This document shows, piece by piece, positions 9,181-17,825 of a stretch of 64,000 nucleotides of DNA (positions are counted from its first letter, which is position 1; the number at the start of each line of letters is the position of its first letter). The stretch is from positions 3,916 through 67,915 of the IMG/VR virus record IMGVR_UViG_3300037067_017075, one strand, 5' to 3'. Source of the DNA: a virus. Both the position numbers and the translations under genes were made by a program. The notes under the pieces are model-generated. The model was not told where the DNA came from. It saw nothing but the letters and a program-made list of their open reading frames with translations, and made no database searches.

Positions 9181-10787
9181 TATTCCCCTCCCTCAAAATT
9201 CTTTCGGGTCTTCCGGTCCCCCGAAGCCCCTGCCTTTTTCTGGACCGGCTCGACTTTACCGTCCCCGGTTTTGCCCTGGGTCCCCTTATCTACGTCTTGC
9301 GCCGCGTCCTCCCGGTACGGGATGATGTCCATCCCGGCGTCCTTGAATTCACGGTGTTCGCGTATGATCTGCTGTTGCGCCTCTTCCCAGGTGTCCTCGT
9401 CCTTGCCGGTAAAGGCCGCCTTGCGGGATTTCCGGAAGCTGCCAATCTGCGATTCGTCGATCTTCTCCTGGACCGTGCGGCTGTCGAAGCTCGTCTGGGG
9501 ATACTTCGGCGTCATCCGAACCCCCGCCACGCCGTTGAGGATCAGCTCCCGCTCGATGAGCGGTCGGAGGATTTCCTCCCACTCAAACGTGGCGCCCTCG
9601 CGGATCGCCATCTCGGCCTGCTTTTTGAGCTGGTCGAGGGCGTCTCCCGAGGGCATCCCCTTTCCGTTCCCGAACCCCATGAGCGCGGCCGGAAACGGAG
9701 AATTCATCATCAGCAGGTCGAGCTGGAGCTGGAGGTCGGCCCCCCGGATGCTGTAGAGCCGGCCGTCGTTGACCATCTCCACTTTATCCGTGCCGGACAA
9801 AAACACCATCGACCCTGCGGAAACGACCTGCTCCCACTTTTCGTTCCGCTCCCCGAGGATGCCCTGCTGGAACTTCTTGATCTGCTCATCGTTGGCGCCC
9901 AGTTCCTTGCCCATCGCATTGATGTAGAATACCAACACCGGCGTCATTGAGTAGTGGCTGTCCAGCGCGCTGTCCTCCAGCATCAGCTGCACCCTGTTGA
10001 ACTGCTCACGCATCGAGAGCATGGCCGGACGGCTGTACCAGACGTTGTCCCACATCCAGTTTTGAAACCGGGGGTGGATCATCGCAATGTAGGGGATAAA
10101 CCGGGCACGGGCCGGCGGTGCTTCGCGGCCGTCAAACGGGGCAACGCCCGCCAGCATCGGGTCCTCGAGTTGAAAGAAGGCCTTGCGGGTGCTGATCGGG
10201 CGGTCAAGGGCGTCAAACCACTTAAAGGTGAATCGGGCCGGCAGGTGCTTGATGCCGGCGATCGACCCCATCCCGGCGCCTTCGTTTATCGCCCGGGCAA
10301 ACGATTCTATGGCCTTGTCGCCTTCTTCTCCCCCCTGCTGCCACTGCGCGAGATAACTCTGGAGTTCCGGGTTCCACTCGATCTCCAGTAGCAGGAACTC
10401 TTCCTTAAAGATCGCGTTGAACAATATCTGTTTGCGGTGCTTTTCGTACCGGATTCGGTAGAGCAGGTCCTGCGCGATTCCTTCGGCCCGGGCGGCGTTT
10501 CCGCCGTCAAACCGTATCGACGGCATCTCCGACGCCAGCCAGGTGGCGTATGCGTTCGCGGGGCCGAACATGAAGGTGCTGAGCATCGCCTCCATGTCCG
10601 CCAGGACCTTCAGCCGTCCCATCTCGAGGGTCGTCCGGTAAAACCCGTTGAGGCCGAACTGCCCGCCGACCGCCGGTATGCTGTAGACGTTCGGGAGCTT
10701 GTCCTTCGACCGCTCCATCGGACGTCCCAGGTGGTTGTAGAGCACAACCGACCGTATTTCGTCTATGTTACTGGGTGGTCTTGCCAT
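9180..10787 (-). CDS. Portal protein
   Basis: 535 aa directly after TerL; P-ALMG and ILRPLIERELILNG portal-like motifs. Confidence 0.8.
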   Translation of the reverse strand: MARPPSNIDEIRSVVLYNHLGRPMERSKDKLPNVYSIPAVGGQFGLNGFYRTTLEMGRLKVLADMEAMLSTFMFGPANAYATWLASEMPSIRFDGGNAARAEGIAQDLLYRIRYEKHRKQILFNAIFKEEFLLLEIEWNPELQSYLAQWQQGGEEGDKAIESFARAINEGAGMGSIAGIKHLPARFTFKWFDALDRPISTRKAFFQLEDPMLAGVAPFDGREAPPARARFIPYIAMIHPRFQNWMWDNVWYSRPAMLSMREQFNRVQLMLEDSALDSHYSMTPVLVFYINAMGKELGANDEQIKKFQQGILGERNEKWEQVVSAGSMVFLSGTDKVEMVNDGRLYSIRGADLQLQLDLLMMNSPFPAALMGFGNGKGMPSGDALDQLKKQAEMAIREGATFEWEEILRPLIERELILNGVAGVRMTPKYPQTSFDSRTVQEKIDESQIGSFRKSRKAAFTGKDEDTWEEAQQQIIREHREFKDAGMDIIPYREDAAQDVDKGTQGKTGDGKVEPVQKKAGASGDRKTRKNFEGGE

Positions 10788-12510
10788 ATCTCCCTACCGA
10801 TGTCATCGTCCTGGTCCCGACCGACGTCATTGCCCGCTCTATGGGGCGGCCCGCTCTGTCGGGCATCGATGCCCCGATCGTCGTCCGCCCGGTCTCGGCC
10901 ACGGTCCCAGGCGCCCACGCCCCCCGGCCCTGCATAACCGCCGCCCAGGTGGCGTAGATCTCCGCCTTAATGCGGTCTGTCCGCTTGATGCCCGTCCGTT
11001 TCTCTGTCGTCCCGTACCGGCTGTAGGCCCGCTGGAGGTCGGTGTCGGGCGGAATCCCGATCTTCCCGTCCTTCATGTAAGTTTCCGTCAGGTCGTCGGC
11101 CTCTTTTGATTTTTTGGGGCTGTCAGTGTCGATCCAGTCGATGTTGCGCACTCCCGGTATCCCGTCCTTGGAAAACTTGAGCGCCTCCATCAATGCCTTG
11201 CCGGGGTTTCCGTCGATCGTAATAAACCGCAGCCCCAGCACGTGGTTGAGCCACCGAATCCGGTCGATATAGTCCCCGGACGATATCTGTTCGCGCTCCC
11301 AGGGCTTGGTGCTCTCCGGGTCGCCCCAGATCGTGCTGTACCGTGTCACGATCTTGTACGGGTTCTGGCTGACGACCTCCCGGATCGAAAACGCAGCCGC
11401 GTCTGCCGCGCTCCCCCGCTCCTCTTTCCCCTTGTTCGGGTCGGCCCCGCCGAACAGCGGACCGCATCGGGCTTTCAGCTCAGCCGCGTGTTCTGCGATG
11501 TAACCGTCGGTCCACAGCAGCGGTTCGTCGTTGGAAAGCACGCCGCCGGGAAACAGTTCGTAACACCGCTGCATCAGCAGCTCGGAAAACAGCCGCCACT
11601 TCTGGTCCTGGGGAATCCCATCGTATTCTTCGGCGTATACCTCCGGGTAACCGGATTCAAGCAGCCGCCGCTTGATCCTGACCAGCTCGTTGAGATCCCG
11701 GTAGATGTTGAGTTTGCTCGGAAAGCGCCGGACAACGAAATCCTTGTCCAGCGAACAACTATACGCGGCGTTCTCCTTGCCGTTGGGCGTCGTCGCCGCC
11801 CAGAACCCTGACCATCCGAGGGAGAGGTACGGTTCCACAACCTCGTTCCAGAACGTCTGGTCAACCACGTAGGCGTATTCGTCGCATACCACGATCGTGC
11901 GTCCCACGATCGTCCGGCCGAACCGCTCGGACCAGAACGAAAACGGGTTGAGCCCCCGCGCGGCGTCCGAGGCCGCGCGGACGTGGTACTCGGTGCCGTT
12001 TTTCAGCTTGAGAAAGAGCTTGCTGTCGCTGGCCGGGTCAATCTCGGCCGCGAACAGCGGATGCACGGCGATAAAATTGCGTATATACTGGATGAGCTGC
12101 TTTGCCGTATCCAGGTTGTTGCCCGTCAGCACAAACCGGACGGCCATCGGCCGCCGGGTCCCCCACAGCGCCATCTCCGCATACGGCAGCACCACTCCCC
12201 ACCACGCGCATTTCAGCGCGAGGTTATACATGCTTTTGCCGATGCCGCGCCCGCAGAAATCTTCCTGCCGCTTGGACCGGAAGTCCGCGATCGTCCCGAT
12301 CTGGTACTGGTCAACCAGCACTTGCCTGCCGCCGACGGTCACCAGATCCTGGTATTCACCGACCACGTCCCCGTCCCAGATTCTCGCCGTCCCCTGCGGC
12401 TCGACCTCGAAGAATTGTTTGATCCCCGCCGCCGGGTGGTTATAGAGGTTCAACAGGAACCCGGCTTCCATGTTCTTGATGTTTCTGGCGTATTTCGGGA
12501 GTTCTAGCAC
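10768..12510 (-). CDS. terL: Terminase large subunit
   Basis: Walker A CGRGIGKS, ARG motif, Walker B VVCDE, TTPNG coupling motif, RNase H-like GGADP nuclease. Confidence 0.9.
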   Translation of the reverse strand: MLELPKYARNIKNMEAGFLLNLYNHPAAGIKQFFEVEPQGTARIWDGDVVGEYQDLVTVGGRQVLVDQYQIGTIADFRSKRQEDFCGRGIGKSMYNLALKCAWWGVVLPYAEMALWGTRRPMAVRFVLTGNNLDTAKQLIQYIRNFIAVHPLFAAEIDPASDSKLFLKLKNGTEYHVRAASDAARGLNPFSFWSERFGRTIVGRTIVVCDEYAYVVDQTFWNEVVEPYLSLGWSGFWAATTPNGKENAAYSCSLDKDFVVRRFPSKLNIYRDLNELVRIKRRLLESGYPEVYAEEYDGIPQDQKWRLFSELLMQRCYELFPGGVLSNDEPLLWTDGYIAEHAAELKARCGPLFGGADPNKGKEERGSAADAAAFSIREVVSQNPYKIVTRYSTIWGDPESTKPWEREQISSGDYIDRIRWLNHVLGLRFITIDGNPGKALMEALKFSKDGIPGVRNIDWIDTDSPKKSKEADDLTETYMKDGKIGIPPDTDLQRAYSRYGTTEKRTGIKRTDRIKAEIYATWAAVMQGRGAWAPGTVAETGRTTIGASMPDRAGRPIERAMTSVGTRTMTSVGRYGKTTQ

Positions 12511-13364
12511 TGGCTTGCTTCCACCGGCGCGTCCAAAAACGCCCGGTCTATCTGGTCTATGTCTGACACCGCGTCTTTTTTGCCCTCCGCCGCGTTAATC
12601 CGGGACGACTCGGACAGAAAATCGGCCGTGGCGATCGTCCCCTCCACCAGCTCCGCCAGTGCCTCGGCCGCCGAGACCAGCGTCCCGGTCTTGTTGCCGC
12701 CCGCCCTCTTGATCAGGTCCTCGCTCGTCAGGCCCAGTATTTTCAGCATCCGTTCTCGGTGGGTGGACAGCTCCTTTTTCTGTTTCGTGATCCTCTCGCT
12801 CGGCCCCCCGCCTGGTTTGCCGTTTTGCGGCTCGTAGCTCTTGCTGATCGTCTCGTCAATCTGGTTGATCTGGTGGTTGGCGACGATCAGGTCCATGGCA
12901 AACATGACCATCTGCCCGGAATCGTCCGGGGGAAGCGTCGGAACGAGCCTCAGCAGCTCTTCTTTCGCCAGCACAAACGCCTCCTGCCCGACGGCCCTGC
13001 GAAGCCGTTTCTCCATTTTGCTCGTCACCCGCGCATCGTCGCCGGGCGTCAGGCCCAGCCGTTCCTTCTTGCCGGCGACGGCCTTGGCCACCTTCACCCG
13101 GCTCGTCGGAAACCGGTTGCAGAGGAACAACACGATCCCCTCTTCCTCGTGCCGGGCAAGCGATTCCCGGAAAATATCGAACGGCGTTGGGTGGATCCTT
13201 TTTCTCTGGGCGTAGGGCGACTTCGGAATATACATTCCGTCCGTCCCCTCGCACGCCCTGGAAGCGAGGGTCATAACGATATGCGTCTTGCCGTTGTCTC
13301 CCCCGAAAAACTCGGAAACCGCCTTCTCGAATTCATCGGGCGGCAGGTACTTTGCTCCGCTCAT
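12504..13364 (-). CDS. Terminase small subunit (putative)
   Basis: Directly upstream of and overlapping terL; helical, with an LKILGLT motif. Confidence 0.55.
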   Translation of the reverse strand: MSGAKYLPPDEFEKAVSEFFGGDNGKTHIVMTLASRACEGTDGMYIPKSPYAQRKRIHPTPFDIFRESLARHEEEGIVLFLCNRFPTSRVKVAKAVAGKKERLGLTPGDDARVTSKMEKRLRRAVGQEAFVLAKEELLRLVPTLPPDDSGQMVMFAMDLIVANHQINQIDETISKSYEPQNGKPGGGPSERITKQKKELSTHRERMLKILGLTSEDLIKRAGGNKTGTLVSAAEALAELVEGTIATADFLSESSRINAAEGKKDAVSDIDQIDRAFLDAPVEASQC

Positions 13365-13366
13365 TT

Positions 13367-13423
13367 TTCACCGTCATTGCGAGCCGCCGTAGGCGGCGTG
13401 GCAATCCCCTCACTGTCACCGTG
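13367..13423 (+). repeat. Family A (CGTC-type) hairpin repeat
   Basis: TTCACCGTCATTGCGAG-CCGCC GTA GGCGG-CGTGGCAATCCCC TCA CTGTCACCGTG. Confidence 0.92.
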
Positions 13424-13472
13424 CTCGTTACTATGCCCGTCGTTCACTCGCGCACCTGATTCATGGGAAATT

Positions 13473-13694
13473 TCATATATAGTTAATTTTGCCACCGTCG
13501 ATAAATCGATGGATGAAACAATTTGGACCTCCGATGCGATGGCCAAGGTAATGGGCTAATTCATGGAACAGCCATCGCAACATCAAACGAGATTTGTCCC
13601 TTCTGATATAGATTATGTCTATCCCGGGATGATAAGCGGCATCATTAGATGAACGTATCCATTGCGGTAATCGGTCGACAACAATTATTTTCAT
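13473..13694 (-). CDS. Small HExxH zincin-like protein in an AT-rich insertion
   Basis: AAY...IYI...LFHELAHY; ATGA overlap with the upstream gene. Confidence 0.6.
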   Translation of the reverse strand: MKIIVVDRLPQWIRSSNDAAYHPGIDIIYIRRDKSRLMLRWLFHELAHYLGHRIGGPNCFIHRFIDGGKINYI

Positions 13695-14281
13695 GTCTTA
13701 ATCTCTGGCAGTTTATTCCATCGCCGGTATTCCAGGTCAAAATCTCCCCGGTCTGCCGCCGGCAGTTTCACGTACCGGTCGAACAACCGCTGTCCCTGGT
13801 TTCGGTATTCCACCGGCTCATCCCCTTTTTTGGCGAGCCTGCGCGCGCGGAGTTCCTCCCGGAGGTCCTGCGATGCATTGGCCCGCGCAAGCGCCAGCAG
13901 CTCGTCCACGTTGTCCGGCGCCACGTAGGGTTCGACGATCAGGAGCTTGGAGTACGGTATTTTTCCGAGTATCTGGAAATCGATCTTGTAAGTCAGGACG
14001 AACGTCTCATGCAGGCTGATGAATCCGTAGGCGGACGTCTTTCTGAACGCGATATCCGGGTCGGCGCAGAACTCGGGGAAACTCCCATATCCCAGCGCCT
14101 CGTAGATCTGCTGGTCGCGGATGTCCTTGAGGATCGCCCCGAGCGCGAACGCGTCCCGGTTCCTGCTCGAGACCAGGTCCTTCAATTTTTCAAAGAGCTC
14201 GTGGCCGCGCCGGGCCTTCTCCTCGGCCGTCTCGGGTTCTACTTCGTGACAGCCGGATGCCTTTACCTCTTCCTGATCCAC
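13691..14281 (-). CDS. DUF3102-like phage protein
   Basis: LGAILKDIRDQQIY-ALGYGSF-EFC...SAY-FI motif; GTG start 14281 with RBS. Confidence 0.6.
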   Translation of the reverse strand: MDQEEVKASGCHEVEPETAEEKARRGHELFEKLKDLVSSRNRDAFALGAILKDIRDQQIYEALGYGSFPEFCADPDIAFRKTSAYGFISLHETFVLTYKIDFQILGKIPYSKLLIVEPYVAPDNVDELLALARANASQDLREELRARRLAKKGDEPVEYRNQGQRLFDRYVKLPAADRGDFDLEYRRWNKLPEIKT

Positions 14282-14541
14282 CGTCCCCTCTCCCGGCAAT
14301 ATCCAAGGCCGTATTTTTCGATGAACGTCAAAACGCCAAGCATGCCCGCCTCGATGTGGTGCCAACGGCACAACGGCATCAGGTTTTCACGCGTGTCGTC
14401 TCCCCCGGCCCCCCTGGTCTTGACGTGGTGGGGGTCAACCGGGCCCGCGCAGTCGCGGTTGTTCACGGCGCATCCCTGCGCCTTGACCTCCGCCCGGAGG
14501 GTATCGTCCCGGATACGCGCCGGCTTCGGATATGAACACAT
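14263..14541 (-). CDS. HNH endonuclease (packaging-associated)
   Basis: DPHHVKTRGAGGDD..NLMPLC.WHH; upstream of the terminase genes. Confidence 0.8.
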   Translation of the reverse strand: MCSYPKPARIRDDTLRAEVKAQGCAVNNRDCAGPVDPHHVKTRGAGGDDTRENLMPLCRWHHIEAGMLGVLTFIEKYGLGYCRERGRWIRKR

Positions 14542-14558
14542 GACTACCAGCCCGGGGT

Positions 14559-14645
14559 AAAAAAAAGGACCGCTCGTTTCCGAGCGGTCCACACCGCTGT
14601 ATCTCGTTTTGTGTTGGTCATAAAAATGGGCCGGTGCACCGGCCC
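14559..14645 (-). terminator. Two tandem intrinsic terminators in the late-operon leader
   Basis: GGGCCGG-TGCA-CCGGCCC + ATTTTT (14622-14645) and GGACCGCTCG-GAAA-CGAGCGGTCC + T8 (14559-14590). Confidence 0.8.
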
Positions 14646-14745
14646 CCGTCCCATCTTGCCCCGTCCCTGCCCTTAACCTTTCATTCCGTGACCTTGGCGG
14701 TCGTTGTTGGAGTGGGCTTTACATGCCACACCTCAGTCTACCCGA

Positions 14746-14774
14746 ATGATACAACTTCGAGGGGCCTAAGTCAA
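14746..14774 (-). promoter_or_regulatory. Sigma70-type late promoter (pR'-like)
   Basis: TTGACT-17 bp-TATCAT on the minus strand with an AT-rich upstream element. Confidence 0.75.
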
Positions 14775-14831
14775 TACTTTTTTCACACTACTGTGCATTT
14801 TTTTCACAGTAAGGGGGCCGTCCGGGGTATT

Positions 14832-15236
14832 TTACCCCCTTTTGGCCGCCGCATCGTCGTAGGCCCTCAGCCCTTCGGCGACGATGGCCTCCATGACGGC
14901 GTCGAACGTCATCCCACGCTCGTCCATGATCTTGGCTATCCGCTCTCGATGGTCGATACGGATCTTGAATGTGGTTGTCTTTTTAGCCACCGGCTTGTTC
15001 TTTTCCTCAAAAAGATCGGCAATCCCATCCATAGTTGCCTCCTCGTAAAAAACTGGTGATTTCGGCAACGGCGGCCTGATCCTCGGCCGCGCCCCTCCGC
15101 CCCGATATTCCGGGCACCCACTACACACGTCGGGGTTCCGTTCCTGGTACGTTTTACATGCGCGACGGGTGATTCGCGCGTTGAACCTGCACCTGATCAC
15201 GGCGTTCTCGGCCAGCCAGTCATCAACTTGTCCCAA
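14832..15236 (-). CDS. Cys-rich N-terminus plus RHH/CopG-like DNA-binding domain (possible internal start at 15032)
   Basis: TTTFKIR...RIAKIMDERGMT-D-VM-AIV; GAGGAGG RBS before ATG 15032. Confidence 0.55.
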   Translation of the reverse strand: MGQVDDWLAENAVIRCRFNARITRRACKTYQERNPDVCSGCPEYRGGGARPRIRPPLPKSPVFYEEATMDGIADLFEEKNKPVAKKTTTFKIRIDHRERIAKIMDERGMTFDAVMEAIVAEGLRAYDDAAAKRG

Positions 15237-15237
15237 T

Positions 15238-16569
15238 TCATACTACCTCAGAAAATAGATTTGACGCCTTCCCCTTCCGCTTCTCCGATCTCTCGGCGTA
15301 CTTCGGATTCAGTTCTATCCCGATATACTTTCGGCCCAGCTTTTCGCATACCACGCCGACGGTAGCCATGCCGGAGAAGGGGTCAAGTACTACCGCCCGT
15401 TCCCTATCCTCGTGTCCGCACTTACAGGTGGGCCGCCAGCCGATGGTTTTGGATTCTGAAAACGCTTGGCCACCACCCTTCGAGTAATCGTCCATGCCCG
15501 ATGACTTTACCGTATATCTACCGGGCCTATAATTAGGGTCGTCCGGTGGTAATTCGTGCCGCATGATTCTTTTCGATTCCACAACCCTCTCCCACCCCGC
15601 GCCGCATTCCGGGCAGACACCATGCTCTGATGTCCCGGCCTTGATACAGGGGACGACAAGGGCCTCGGGGAACATCGCAAAATGGGGCTCGGACGATGGT
15701 TGCGTAGCGATAGTCCAGACGGAACGGAGATTGCGGCCGGACAGATCCCCAACCCCGCGCTTTTGGCCGATATTGGTGGTGGAGGATGCTTTGCTTAATG
15801 GATCCACAAGTTCTTTATGTAGTCCGCCGATCCGATCCTTTTTCTCAATCATTTTCCGAATATCGGAAGGGCCGCTCTCGCACGCTTCCTTCACCGCCTC
15901 CGCATCATAAAAATACCTCGCACTCTTTGTCAGTAGGAATAGGTACTCATGGCTTTTCGTCGGTCGGTCGGTTACACTTTCGGGCATGGGGTTCGGTTTG
16001 TGCCAGATAATATCAGACCGGAGATACCACCCGTCGGCCTGTAGTGCGAAGGCCACGCGCCACGGGATGCCGCAGAGGTCTTTGGGCTTGAGGCCATTCG
16101 GCACAATCGCCTTTGGCATATTCTCGCAACCGAGATTAGTGTCCTGCTTTCCGCCGTAGCCGAAGCCGCGCCCTCCACCCGCGAAACTATCCCCCAAATT
16201 CAGCCACAGCGTCCCATCATCCCGCAGTACCCTCTTGACCTGGCTAAATATCTGTACCGCGTGTTGGACGTACAACTCAGGCGTTGGTTCAAGGCCATGA
16301 CAACCGATCCACGTTTTCTTGTCGAGCGAGAATACGCCCGAGCCCCGCTCTGCGGCGCGCCATCGCATGCGGAACAACCAGCGATCTTTGTTTTTCTTCG
16401 GGGGACAAAAAGCGTCCAGGGCAGTGCCGCCCCATTGGTCCCATACCGTCTGTATGAACCAATGCCCGTAGCTTCTCAGTCCCCAGTACGGCGGGCTCGT
16501 CACCACGCAATGAACGGATTTCTTCGGCAGTGTCGGTAGGATGTCTCGGCAGTCACCGTGTAGTATCAT
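15238..16569 (-). CDS. DNA N6-adenine/N4-cytosine methyltransferase (beta class)
   Basis: VTSPPY, DIIWHKPNPMPES, HFAMFP, VLDPFSG, IGIELN; CPECG...CKC insertion. Confidence 0.93.
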   Translation of the reverse strand: MILHGDCRDILPTLPKKSVHCVVTSPPYWGLRSYGHWFIQTVWDQWGGTALDAFCPPKKNKDRWLFRMRWRAAERGSGVFSLDKKTWIGCHGLEPTPELYVQHAVQIFSQVKRVLRDDGTLWLNLGDSFAGGGRGFGYGGKQDTNLGCENMPKAIVPNGLKPKDLCGIPWRVAFALQADGWYLRSDIIWHKPNPMPESVTDRPTKSHEYLFLLTKSARYFYDAEAVKEACESGPSDIRKMIEKKDRIGGLHKELVDPLSKASSTTNIGQKRGVGDLSGRNLRSVWTIATQPSSEPHFAMFPEALVVPCIKAGTSEHGVCPECGAGWERVVESKRIMRHELPPDDPNYRPGRYTVKSSGMDDYSKGGGQAFSESKTIGWRPTCKCGHEDRERAVVLDPFSGMATVGVVCEKLGRKYIGIELNPKYAERSEKRKGKASNLFSEVV

Positions 16570-17072
16570 TCCGCCTCCCGCTTCTCCTCATACAGCCCGC
16601 CCTTGAGAAACCCGGCCGCCGCCTTGACCGCCGCCTGCTGGTAACACCGCATGACCCTGTCGTTCGGCAACCCGGTTTGTATGGCCACGGATTGCCGGTC
16701 GACCCCTCCCGCGTTGGCCGGGTGCATCATGCGTATCAGCCGCTCCCCCGTCGTGTTGATGCGCGAGAGGACGCCGTTGACCTTGCCGATATACGCGAGC
16801 TTCTCCTCCCTGGTTATTGGTCCGGCGCCGGCCTGCTCGCCGGTCAGGCACGGGATCGACGCCACGCTGCTCTCGTACCCGCGGTAAAGCCGCATGACCC
16901 GGGTGACGACCGCCAGCGGGTCGTGCATCTCCTCCCGCTTAAGGACTTCAAGGGTTACTGTCCCGCGAACAAGTTTGGCGCCGCAACTATCGAAGACTAC
17001 CCTTGTCCCCCTTCGCTTTCTTTCCAGCCGCCGGCGCGCCAGGGCCTTGCGTAGATCCATGGATTCCTCCAT
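16566..17072 (-). CDS. Hypothetical protein with a C-terminal HTH-like region; candidate late regulator
   Basis: C-terminal RQSVAIQTGLPNDRVMR helix pattern; lies in the middle operon upstream of the late promoter. Confidence 0.35.
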   Translation of the reverse strand: MEESMDLRKALARRRLERKRRGTRVVFDSCGAKLVRGTVTLEVLKREEMHDPLAVVTRVMRLYRGYESSVASIPCLTGEQAGAGPITREEKLAYIGKVNGVLSRINTTGERLIRMMHPANAGGVDRQSVAIQTGLPNDRVMRCYQQAAVKAAAGFLKGGLYEEKREAE

Positions 17073-17517
17073 ACCTGATAAAGTAATCGCCGAGATTTAT
17101 GGCGTCGGCCTCGTCCTCGGTAACGTCCCGCCGTGCGATCTCCCGCGCCACGAGGATAGATAACCGCTTTCTGTCCACCCGCTTAGTTTTATGGCCCACT
17201 CGGAGTTGCCGCGCCTGCCAGGCGCTCGCCGCGATCTTGAATACCTCAGCGCCGGGGTTCCTGATCTGCGCCAGCACCGCGCAGGTGGTAGCGACCTCCG
17301 TCAGCCGCATGGCCGTCGCAACGTTCATCTTGAGATAAACGCTTTCGATCACGACCGTGGAGAACCGGCCTTCCCGGTAGAGCAGCTCACCAAACCGATT
17401 CGTATCTCTTGCCGACCCGGATTTCACGTACCGGCAGCCCTCAAATATCGCCCATCCTATCGCCCTGGTCGACGGGTCCACCGCCAGTATCCGTTCTTTT
17501 CTGATCAGGTCATCCAT
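16987..17517 (-). CDS. RuvC-like Holliday junction resolvase
   Basis: ILAVDPST-AIGWA, VVIE, W, DEADAI acidic catalytic motifs. Confidence 0.85.
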   Translation of the reverse strand: MDDLIRKERILAVDPSTRAIGWAIFEGCRYVKSGSARDTNRFGELLYREGRFSTVVIESVYLKMNVATAMRLTEVATTCAVLAQIRNPGAEVFKIAASAWQARQLRVGHKTKRVDRKRLSILVAREIARRDVTEDEADAINLGDYFIRYGGIHGSTQGPGAPAAGKKAKGDKGSLR

Positions 17518-17806
17518 CCGTTCCCGCCCGTTTTCGTATGTACCTCATTATCTTCTTTCGCGCCTGCCAGATGAGGCGCTGGGCTTCCTCGCTCGAGACC
17601 CTCATCGCCTCCCCGATAGCCCAGGGATCGAACCCCTCGATGTAGTACCGGTGCGCCAGCCGGGCAACCGGTTCTACCGTTGATTCCGCATCGAGATACA
17701 GCGCCAGCCTCTCGGCAGCGATGATCTTTCGTTCCGGGTTATCCTCCGAGGGAAAACACTCAACGTCACAGGTAATTACGTTATCAGGCATTCCTGCCTC
17801 CTTCAC
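17510..17806 (-). CDS. Sigma-region-4-like HTH protein
   Basis: RYYIEG...IGEAMRVS...QRLIWQARKKI pattern. Confidence 0.6.
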   Translation of the reverse strand: MKEAGMPDNVITCDVECFPSEDNPERKIIAAERLALYLDAESTVEPVARLAHRYYIEGFDPWAIGEAMRVSSEEAQRLIWQARKKIMRYIRKRAGTDG

Positions 17807-17825
17807 CCATTCCTGGGCCTACGCT

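Noticed and set aside
7477-9756. 759 aa plus-strand ORF and other long antisense ORFs
   Set aside because: Shadow frames of GC-rich minus-strand structural genes, without motifs or RBSs.
13361-13546. 61 aa ORF through the family A repeat
   Set aside because: It overlaps the 13473..13694 gene and is largely repeat-derived, so it is probably not a real gene.
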